Assembly (NCBI GenBank): GCA_043824255.1 | Contig: JBDRTG010000047.1 | Coordinates: 224,001 to 288,000 of the forward strand | Direction: 5' to 3' | From: a bacterium | GTDB taxonomy: Bacteria > JAHJDO01 | DNA length: 64,000 nt | Part shown: in pieces, positions 56,744-64,000 of the stretch | Layout: each line of letters opens with the position of its first letter | Position numbering within the stretch: the first letter of the stretch is position 1 | Translations under genes and position numbers: made by a program | The notes under the pieces: generated by a model | The model's input: only the letters and a program-made list of their open reading frames with translations | Database searches by the model: none | What the model was told of the DNA's origin: nothing

Positions 56744-58222
56744 TCATTTTTTAAAATCCGTTAAATGCCCAAGAACTGATTTTACTGCGCGCAGTATAAA
56801 AATTATATCATCAAAGTCCCTTATGGAAGTTATAGTTCTGAATATAAACCCGGGGGTTATGAAGGACTTGTAAAGTCCCTGTGTAAATTGCTTTACATCA
56901 GCATCTGTGAGAGGTGTTTTCATTACAGGTTCCTGCATGTCATATCTGTTCCAATCCAGAGTTCTCAACTGATTGCCTTTTTTGCATTCGTCAAAAAGAG
57001 GCGTTCCCGGATATGGTATTACTATTGTAGCTTGCAGTGTATTCACATAGCCCTTGCGAAAAAGCTCCTTTGCAAGCTGGATTGTCTTTAACGCATCTTC
57101 CCTGGTTTCCCATGGATATCCTATCATTGTTGTAAGATGCGGATGCAGGCCTGCTTTCTTAGCCATTCTTGCGCCTTCTGTTATTGCAGAAACCTTGAGG
57201 TTTTTATGTATCCTATCAAGTGTTTCCTGTCTTGCAGATTCAAGTCCGTAGAGTATAAACCTGAAACCAGCTTTTGCCATTAAATCATAATCCTTCTGTT
57301 TTAACGCGCCGAATCTCATATTACAGTTAAATCTTATTTTTTTATTATATCCTTTCTTTATCATTCCATCGCAAAACTCCGTCAGCCATTCTCCAACAGG
57401 GAATGTCCCTGTATCATCCATAATCTCTTTTATGTGATATTTATCAATCAATATTCCTATCTCATCCAGAACATGTTCCGGCTTTCTGGTTCTAAAATTC
57501 GGATAGAGCGTGGTCCATGAACAAAACTTACACTTCCCCCACCAGCAGTCTCTTCCTGCCATTATGTAAGTGCCGGGTGTCCGCTTATAATTGCCGTTCT
57601 TATAAGCATATAACTTCCACTTTGTTAAATCTCTGTCAATAAAGGGAATGGTATTTAGATCATGGTCAAGCTTGAATTTTCCTGTGTTTTTTATTTCTCC
57701 GTTTTCTCTATACCATATACCCGGTTCTAATTGAATTTTGAATTTTGAATTTTGAATTTTGAATTTTTTTAGTGCACGACATAGGTTAAGGAGAAGGAAA
57801 TCATAGTCTCCACCGGTCAGGATAAAATCAACATTGCAGTTTTTCATGCTTTCTTCTGGTAATGCAGTCACATGATCGCCTACAAGGGCAATTTTGAGTT
57901 TTAAATTTTGAATTTTTAATTCGTTGATGATTTTCCAGTGCTGTTTGACTACCGGCGTTTTTGTTTCCATCATTATCAAATCAGGATTTTCTTCAGCAAC
58001 AAAATTTAGAAATTCTTTATACGTCTTCTTCTCGGCTATTCCGTCATACCAGATCACCTCATATCCAGCATTCTTGAGCAGGGTTGCAGCGCAGGCAGGA
58101 ACAACGGGATAAATGTAGGTAGGACTGTGAAACCATTGAAACTGTCTGTTCTGGGAAAGAAGAGGGATCAGTTTCTTGTTTCCTTTGCAGCTAAGCGGCG
58201 GATACGCGATGACTATTTTCAT
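56744..58222 (-). CDS. Cobalamin-binding radical SAM protein with CX4CX2C motif
   Basis: VGDHVT, GGDYD, GRDCWWGKCKFC, YGLES, PYPGT. Confidence 0.88.
   Translation of the reverse strand: MKIVIAYPPLSCKGNKKLIPLLSQNRQFQWFHSPTYIYPVVPACAATLLKNAGYEVIWYDGIAEKKTYKEFLNFVAEENPDLIMMETKTPVVKQHWKIINELKIQNLKLKIALVGDHVTALPEESMKNCNVDFILTGGDYDFLLLNLCRALKKFKIQNSKFKIQLEPGIWYRENGEIKNTGKFKLDHDLNTIPFIDRDLTKWKLYAYKNGNYKRTPGTYIMAGRDCWWGKCKFCSWTTLYPNFRTRKPEHVLDEIGILIDKYHIKEIMDDTGTFPVGEWLTEFCDGMIKKGYNKKIRFNCNMRFGALKQKDYDLMAKAGFRFILYGLESARQETLDRIHKNLKVSAITEGARMAKKAGLHPHLTTMIGYPWETREDALKTIQLAKELFRKGYVNTLQATIVIPYPGTPLFDECKKGNQLRTLDWNRYDMQEPVMKTPLTDADVKQFTQGLYKSFITPGFIFRTITSIRDFDDIIFILRAVKSVLGHLTDFKK
57731..57765. repeat. 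(TTGAATT)x5 perfect heptamer tandem repeat inside a CDS (encodes KFKIQNSKFKIQ)
   Basis: Read directly; a degenerate copy lies at about 57891-57920 (LKIQNLKLKI). Confidence 0.95.
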
Positions 58223-59187
58223 TCTTCTTCCAGCCTTCTGGAAAGTAATCCTTTTATAAAAAAGATCCCGTAGGCAAAATGCGTAGAGATAATTCCCGGA
58301 AATACTAAAAGATTTCCGGACTTTACTGTTTCAAATGCTACTGAAATCAGATATATGCCAAGTATAATAAAGTACACAGATCTAAAGAAAACACAAAGTC
58401 CTGTAAAGAATGCTCCTGTTACTATTCCAGCAACAAGCAATGAAGGAACAAAATAGGAAAACTTTTTAGATGTCTGAGGAAATCTCTTAACAAAATAGCC
58501 CCTGTGTTTAGCATAACTGGTAACCTGTTTGAGATGTTCTTTAAACAAACGTCTTCTATGATGATACACCAGGGCATTGGGTTCGTATATTATTTTCTTT
58601 CCTAATTTTTTTGTTATCTCCAGACATAAAACGGTATCCTCTCCAGGCCAGAAATTGGTATTGAATCCTCCTGATTGTTCAAAGATATTTTTTCTTACAA
58701 TCAAATTACATGACGGAAAGTCTTCGACTTCTTTTCTTGTTCTTTTGATATATCTATAACTATATTCTCCACTAACAAGTTTTGATGAATATACCAATCC
58801 GCTGGCTTTTTGCATAACATCGTCCTTATCAGGAGTTATAGCAGGTCCACCAACAGCCGCTACTTCCGGGTCAATGAAATTCCGAACTGCATTTTTTAAC
58901 CAATTTTTTGCCGGATAAACATCATCATCTATGAATGCAACAATTTCTCCTTTAGCTTTTTTAACTCCCATATTTCTCTTCATTGCAGGGCCTGTCTCGC
59001 CTGTAGGAATAACGGAGACATCTTTGTAATTCAGGCTCACTTCTTTATCCGGCAGAAATATAATCTCAAATTCCGGATAGTCAAGCGCAAGACAACTCCC
59101 TATACATTCTGCCAGATATTCAGAGACATCTTTTGCAATTACTATTATTGAGACAAAAGGGTATTTTGAATCAGCTCTTTCTTTCAT
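58219..59187 (-). CDS. Glycosyltransferase family 2 with C-terminal TM helices
   Basis: KRNMG, FIDDD, VGGP, WPGEDT, VYHHRR. Confidence 0.92.
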   Translation of the reverse strand: MKERADSKYPFVSIIVIAKDVSEYLAECIGSCLALDYPEFEIIFLPDKEVSLNYKDVSVIPTGETGPAMKRNMGVKKAKGEIVAFIDDDVYPAKNWLKNAVRNFIDPEVAAVGGPAITPDKDDVMQKASGLVYSSKLVSGEYSYRYIKRTRKEVEDFPSCNLIVRKNIFEQSGGFNTNFWPGEDTVLCLEITKKLGKKIIYEPNALVYHHRRRLFKEHLKQVTSYAKHRGYFVKRFPQTSKKFSYFVPSLLVAGIVTGAFFTGLCVFFRSVYFIILGIYLISVAFETVKSGNLLVFPGIISTHFAYGIFFIKGLLSRRLEEE

Positions 59188-60415
59188 GAAAAATCAATCC
59201 GAAATTTATCAATACAAGCAGTGTCCCGCAGATTAAAAGTACATATATAACCTGTTCCAGTGATTTGTGAAACATACATATTAACCCGACTTGCACTATT
59301 GTCATAATTACAAGCGCAATAACAAAACTAATCTTATGTCTTGCAATATGAAAGCCGTTGATTATTCCTATAAGCGCGTATGGAAGCATAGCAAGCCCAA
59401 AAATCCATAAGAGATTTACATTACCGGTATATCTGCCGCGTGAAATCAATCTCAATAGAAAATCAGGGAATAGAAAGAAGATAAATATGCCTATCGAGCA
59501 TACGAGAAGTGCGAATAGAAGAACCTTTTTTAAAATTGGAAGAGTATTCTTATTGATTGTATGCGCTTCAGCCACCATTGGGAACATGACCACTACTATT
59601 GCTCCGGGCAGATACAGGATGCTTTTTCCAAGCACGGATATTGCCGCATATTGGCCTGCGATATCCGCAGAGAAATAGTGCTTCACAAGTGTCATGTCAA
59701 TCATTGTTAATACTGCGTAAAATGAAATCGACATAGCCACTGGGAGACAAAAAAGAAGCATTTCTTTCTTGTATTTTTTTACTGATTCAATTTTTACTTT
59801 TATAATATCCTTTATCACTTTACCAAGTATCAAAATCACTGTTACGCTAGCTACTACAGAAGCAAGAATTGCTCCATTCAATCCGAACCCCAGCCATACA
59901 AGCAGAGCTCCGCTTCCAATCCTTGAAAAAGGGCCTAAAATTTGACTTAAAGCAATATAATTAAATCTCTGCATTCCTGTCGCTACGGCTAAAAATAAAC
60001 TTAAAATACAGGAAATGGAAAACGAGAAACTAACTATTATTATAGGAGATACATGCTCTAACTTGTAGTAATCCATAATCTGGAATCTGGCTGCAAAAAT
60101 TAAAATAGAAACAATAATTCCTGCTGGAACAATATACTTGAAAGATTTAAGAATAATCCCCTTTATCTTCCCAAATTCGTTTTTACCTTTGAATCCTGCG
60201 ATATACTTTGTGATAACTAAGCTTATAGTTCCTGTTCCTATTGAAATTATTACTCCAAATGAGAACAGTGCGTTCATAGCCCCAAAATCAGCGACAGAGA
60301 GATTTCTTCCCATAAAGAATTGGAAAAGATATTGAAAGAAGTTGCCTGCCATTGCAGCAACAAAAAGCAATGCACTGTTTTTATACAGAGAATCTTTTTT
60401 AATGAATGCTAACAT
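59171..60415 (-). CDS. wzx: Wzx-like oligosaccharide flippase (MOP superfamily)
   Basis: About 12 TM helices; RNLSVADFG, DMTLVKHYF..AGQY, VMFP. Confidence 0.8.
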   Translation of the reverse strand: MLAFIKKDSLYKNSALLFVAAMAGNFFQYLFQFFMGRNLSVADFGAMNALFSFGVIISIGTGTISLVITKYIAGFKGKNEFGKIKGIILKSFKYIVPAGIIVSILIFAARFQIMDYYKLEHVSPIIIVSFSFSISCILSLFLAVATGMQRFNYIALSQILGPFSRIGSGALLVWLGFGLNGAILASVVASVTVILILGKVIKDIIKVKIESVKKYKKEMLLFCLPVAMSISFYAVLTMIDMTLVKHYFSADIAGQYAAISVLGKSILYLPGAIVVVMFPMVAEAHTINKNTLPILKKVLLFALLVCSIGIFIFFLFPDFLLRLISRGRYTGNVNLLWIFGLAMLPYALIGIINGFHIARHKISFVIALVIMTIVQVGLICMFHKSLEQVIYVLLICGTLLVLINFGLIFHERKS

Positions 60416-60426
60416 AAATACACCAC

Positions 60427-60450
60427 AACAAGGGGTTGAAACCCCTTGTT
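60427..60450. repeat. Intergenic 10-bp-stem palindrome (REP-like hairpin)
   Basis: AACAAGGGGT-TGAA-ACCCCTTGTT. Confidence 0.75.
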
Positions 60451-60464
60451 CACTTATTCTCCCA

Positions 60465-61508
60465 TTATCTGAATAATGATCTGTTCTTATTGACCCAGTC
60501 GGACAGTTTCTTTACTCCAGTTTCTACGTCTGTTTTGGGCTGCCATGCAAGCTCTTTTCTTGCTTTCTCAATGCTGCATACAAACACGGGCTGATCACCG
60601 GGCCGCCAATCACTGAAACTGTATTCTGTTTTTTTATTTAAGAATCTCTCAAGAAAGGAAATAAGTTCAAGCAAAGACATTTTATTACCAGGGCCACCGC
60701 CTATGTTATAGATTTTTCCGGAAGCAGCTTCTATATTCTCTATGGCTTTTTCATATGCATCAACTAAATCATCAATAAACAGTACGTCTCTAACCTGTTT
60801 CCCGTCTCCATAGATTGTAATTGGTTTATCCATTGATGCAGCTATTGTAAACCACGCAACCCAGCCCTGGTCTTCTACGCCAAATTGTCTGTATCCATAA
60901 ATGCAGCTCTGGCGCATAACAACAGTTCTCAGTCCGTATATTCTGGAATAATCTCTAACATACTGATCAGCTGCGCCCTTTGAGCAGCCATAAGGGGAAT
61001 GAAAATCCAATATTCTATTCTCAGAGATTCCCTCTGGCAGAGACTCGTATTCATATCTGCCGTTTCTTTCAATCACTTTTATGTCAGTCATCCCTCCATA
61101 AACCTTGTTTGTGGAAGCGTAAATAAATATTGGATTAAGCTTATTTTCTCTTACTGCTTCCAGAAGATTAAATGTGCCAAGCGCATTTATCTGGAAATCT
61201 TCTCTTGGTTCTAAAACAGAAGTTGTAACAGCTACCTGCGCAGCAAGATGAAGCACAACATCAATGCTATTTTCCCGAAAGCCTTTCGGGACAAAAATCT
61301 TCTTGACCTTTGCATAATCTCTGATATCACAATCTATGAACTCAAATTCTCCCTGTTTCCTGAGCCAGCCAAGATTATCTTTAGAACCCTTTCTTGAGAG
61401 ATTGTCCAGAACCGCTACCTCATACCCTTTGTCTATAAACCGTTTTGCAGCATTACAACCGATAAATCCGGCACCGCCTGTTATTAATATCTTCAATCTT
61501 TGTACCAT
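60465..61508 (-). CDS. NAD-dependent NDP-sugar epimerase (CDP-paratose 2-epimerase/RfbE-like extended SDR)
   Basis: TGGAGFIG, HLAAQVAVTTS, STNKVYG, SPYGCSKG, QFGVEDQGWVAWF; a TTG at 61496 may be the true start. Confidence 0.88.
   Translation of the reverse strand: MVQRLKILITGGAGFIGCNAAKRFIDKGYEVAVLDNLSRKGSKDNLGWLRKQGEFEFIDCDIRDYAKVKKIFVPKGFRENSIDVVLHLAAQVAVTTSVLEPREDFQINALGTFNLLEAVRENKLNPIFIYASTNKVYGGMTDIKVIERNGRYEYESLPEGISENRILDFHSPYGCSKGAADQYVRDYSRIYGLRTVVMRQSCIYGYRQFGVEDQGWVAWFTIAASMDKPITIYGDGKQVRDVLFIDDLVDAYEKAIENIEAASGKIYNIGGGPGNKMSLLELISFLERFLNKKTEYSFSDWRPGDQPVFVCSIEKARKELAWQPKTDVETGVKKLSDWVNKNRSLFR
61273..61291. repeat. Short palindrome inside the epimerase CDS (encodes VPKGFRE)
   Basis: TCCCGAAA-GCC-TTTCGGGA. 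Confidence 0.7.
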
Positions 61509-62491
61509 TTAATAGTTTCTCTAAGCCCCTTTTCCAGGCTGCAAACTGGTTTCCATCCCAGAAGCCTTTCTGCTTTGGTGCTTGACAGGTATTGATTGTT
61601 TATTTCTCCTTTGCTTTTACCCTTGCCTTTTATAACAGGCTTCAAAGACTTGCTTCCGGAAACCGCAATAATTTTCTTTACTAAATCCAATACTTTTACC
61701 GGACTATTTGACCCAAAATTAAATGCTTCACCTTTTATGCCTTTTTCATCAGCCTTTTCTGCAGCAATAAGATACGCACTAACTGCATCGTCAATATAGA
61801 TATAATCTCTTAGCGGGGTTCCATCGCTCCTGATAATTGGATCCTTATTCTGAAGAATAGATCTAATTGTGTCTGGAATAATTCTTGAGAAATTCAGGTC
61901 CCCGCCTCCATAAATATTAGCACATCTTGTTACAACAATCGGCATATCATATGTACAGGCATAAGTTCTCGCAAGTATGTCAGTACATGCCTTTGATGCA
62001 TCATATGGATGGAGTGCATTTAGCGAATAGGACTCTTTATATGGTAAATCTTGCTGCTCTCCATAAGCCTTATCACTGGATGCTATAACTATTCGCTCTA
62101 GCCCTATATTCCTTGCTGCCTCAAGAATATTCCATGTGCCCCTTATATTGGATTCAAATGTAGAAATAGGAGACTTATTTGCAATTCCCACTATTGTCTG
62201 CGCTCCAATGTGGAAGCATGAGTCTATATTGTGCTCATTAAAGATACGAGCTATAAGCTGATAATCTATAAGATCTCCCTTTACAACAGCTTCCAGGCTG
62301 TTATAAACATTTTTCATATTTGTCAGGACTGAGCCAGGGATCCAATCTCTAATCAAAACCACTACTCTTGCGCCAGAGTCAACCAATGCCTTTGTAAGCC
62401 ACGAGCCTAAAAATCCGTTTGCGCCTGTAATAAATACTCTTTTATTCTTCCAGAATTTCCTATCCGTTTCTTTACTCATACCTTCTCCCAT
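61493..62491 (-). CDS. NAD-dependent NDP-sugar dehydratase/epimerase (CDP-glucose 4,6-dehydratase-like); first gene of the operon
   Basis: FWKNKRVFITGANGFLG, ASSDKAYG, PYDASK, RCANIYGGGDLNFSR; ATG at 62479 is an alternative start. Confidence 0.88.
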   Translation of the reverse strand: MGEGMSKETDRKFWKNKRVFITGANGFLGSWLTKALVDSGARVVVLIRDWIPGSVLTNMKNVYNSLEAVVKGDLIDYQLIARIFNEHNIDSCFHIGAQTIVGIANKSPISTFESNIRGTWNILEAARNIGLERIVIASSDKAYGEQQDLPYKESYSLNALHPYDASKACTDILARTYACTYDMPIVVTRCANIYGGGDLNFSRIIPDTIRSILQNKDPIIRSDGTPLRDYIYIDDAVSAYLIAAEKADEKGIKGEAFNFGSNSPVKVLDLVKKIIAVSGSKSLKPVIKGKGKSKGEINNQYLSSTKAERLLGWKPVCSLEKGLRETIKWYKD

Positions 62492-62515
62492 AATATGTTT
62501 TTAACAGTGTTGTGA

Positions 62516-62544
62516 ATTATATTATATTAAGCATGAAATAGCAA
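62516..62544 (-). promoter_or_regulatory. Predicted sigma70 promoter of the glycan operon
   Basis: Minus strand TTGCTA (62544-62539), 17-nt spacer, TATAAT (62521-62516), 25 nt upstream of the first ATG. Confidence 0.7.
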
Positions 62545-62653
62545 TTTTAAAAGCAAGCAGGCACCCGATATCCATCGGAATAGAGTATTTTTAAACGGTG
62601 TTTAACAACAACTTTGTTGACAAACAAGAAATTATGTTGGAACATATGGAACA

Positions 62654-63490
62654 ATGAAAGGAGTCAATTTGAGGAGAAATAAAATGACTAAATCTTCAAA
62701 ATATGACTTTCACATTCACACAAAATATTTAGGTTGTGGAAATTCCACGATGGAGGTCTCTTCTATTGTAAATGAATGTGAACGATTGGGAGTTACCTCC
62801 ATGGCGATAACAGACCATCTGAACTCCCTTGATAAGTTGCAACTTCATGTCCCTATCCGAAAAGATATTGAAAAATTAGATACGAAGATAAAAGTTTATT
62901 TTGGTGTGGAATCGAATTTTACTGGATATAACAAGGAATTTGCTTTCAACCAGGAAGTCAAAGAGAAATATGGATTTCAGTTCGCAATAGGTGGGATACA
63001 CTCCACGTACCTGAAGAAATATGACATAAAGAAGCTGGTTGATACTCAACACAAACATCATTTAAAAACATGTCAAGATCCTCTTGTTCAGGTCCTGGTA
63101 CATCCGTATTGGTTTGGGAAAGGTGAATTTGACAAAAATGGATGGCCATGGTTCAATTCAATGAAAGCTGTTTCCGAGACCTATGTGCGAGAGCTTGGAC
63201 AGGTCGCAAGAGAAACAGGGACTGCTATAGAGATAAATGGGTGTGCCAATCTGAAGAATCCAGCATTTAGCCAGGACTATGTGAAAGAATATTTTGATTA
63301 CCTGTCAATTCTTGCAGAGGAAGGAGTTATTTTCTGTTTGGGGTCAGACGCTCATGACATCAGCCGTCTTGCAATGATCCAAGATGTCTGGCAAGTCGTG
63401 GGACGACTTAATTTATCTCCAGACCGAATCTGGCAGCCTGAATGTAAACCTATGGTCGGTGGGACGGCAAGAGATGTTCCTATCTCATAA
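62654..63490 (+). CDS. PHP-domain phosphoesterase (histidinol-phosphatase/PolX-PHP-like)
   Basis: DFHIHT, AITDH, GVE, GGIH, LVHP, IEIN, LGSDAH; the second ATG (MTKSS) follows GAGGAG. Confidence 0.88.
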   Translation: MKGVNLRRNKMTKSSKYDFHIHTKYLGCGNSTMEVSSIVNECERLGVTSMAITDHLNSLDKLQLHVPIRKDIEKLDTKIKVYFGVESNFTGYNKEFAFNQEVKEKYGFQFAIGGIHSTYLKKYDIKKLVDTQHKHHLKTCQDPLVQVLVHPYWFGKGEFDKNGWPWFNSMKAVSETYVRELGQVARETGTAIEINGCANLKNPAFSQDYVKEYFDYLSILAEEGVIFCLGSDAHDISRLAMIQDVWQVVGRLNLSPDRIWQPECKPMVGGTARDVPIS

Positions 63491-63983
63491 GTGATATTAT
63501 TTGTTTCGCAACATCCGAAGTGGACAGTTCCGAAGTGTCTATTATATAATCTGCGTCTTTTTCGTATTTTTCTTTTCTTTGTATGAGAACCTCTTCTATT
63601 TCATCTACAAAGCTCTTTCCATCTGTTAAAGATGGCCTATGTGTTCCGTGTTTTATCCTTTTTACAATTGTAGTAATATCTGCCTTAAGCCAGAACACTT
63701 TGCTGTTTTTTCTGAGATTTTTTACATTCTTATCACGCAGGATTACTCCGCCGCCTGTGTCAATAATGTAGTTATCAAGACTAGAAACTTGTTCCGCAAT
63801 TTCAGATTCCATATCCCTGAACCTGTCCCATCCAAATTTCTCAACGATCTCTGGAATTGACATGCCTGCTTTTTTTGTGATTTCCTCATCCATATTAAGT
63901 ACAGGCAGTTTCAATTCTTTACTCAGCACTCTTGCAACGCTGGATTTGCCACTACCTCTATAACCAATCAGAACAATATTCAT
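63480..63983 (-). CDS. aroK: Shikimate kinase
   Basis: MNIVLIGYRGSGKSS, FRDMES, TGGG, RP.L; TAATG overlap with an upstream gene cut by the window edge. Confidence 0.95.
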   Translation of the reverse strand: MNIVLIGYRGSGKSSVARVLSKELKLPVLNMDEEITKKAGMSIPEIVEKFGWDRFRDMESEIAEQVSSLDNYIIDTGGGVILRDKNVKNLRKNSKVFWLKADITTIVKRIKHGTHRPSLTDGKSFVDEIEEVLIQRKEKYEKDADYIIDTSELSTSDVAKQIISLMR

Positions 63984-64000
63984 TACTCGGAAAACTCTAC

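Noticed and set aside
722..61799. Numerous 60-110 aa plus-strand and nested ORFs in the ORF track
   Set aside because: Antisense or off-frame shadows of well-supported minus-strand genes, with no recognisable motifs
63480..63490. 11-nt convergent overlap of the PHP gene and aroK
   Set aside because: Short tail-to-tail overlaps are common; nothing suggests a special function
1..64000. CRISPR array, tRNA/rRNA, IS or integrase, cobalamin riboswitch
   Set aside because: No spaced direct repeats, RNA-gene signatures or recombinase motifs were seen; the operon leader is too short for a cobalamin riboswitch. A covariance-model search was not possible.

Overview
This is an AT-rich bacterial window; the host cannot be identified from sequence alone. 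Positions 1-62.5 kb form one co-directional minus-strand surface-glycan (LPS/EPS/glycoprotein-type) biosynthesis and tailoring operon. It starts at a consensus sigma70 promoter near 62.52 kb and runs off the left edge. It encodes two NDP-sugar epimerase/dehydratases, a Wzx flippase, 5 GT2, 5 GT4 (one a double-domain fusion), 1 GT9, 3 GT-C-like membrane proteins, 5 class I SAM methyltransferases and an oxidoreductase/N-acetyltransferase/DegT trio. It also carries an exceptional set of 12 intact cobalamin-binding radical SAM enzymes and 4 SPASM/twitch-type radical SAM enzymes. An internal ~9 kb block holds two tandem-TIGR04076-domain proteins, an SDR, a membrane-anchored alkaline-phosphatase-superfamily enzyme and a strongly diverged PurH-like protein. 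Most larger intergenic gaps turn out to be collapsed gene remnants: a gene 5' end joined to a gene 3' end, often of a paralogue still intact elsewhere in the window, and usually keeping start/stop overlaps with neighbours. This suggests the cluster grows by inserting related clusters and then deleting redundant copies. The right end has a divergent PHP-domain gene and aroK. No rRNA, tRNA, CRISPR array, transposase or reverse transcriptase was recognised. All functional calls come from motif recognition by eye, not from database searches.
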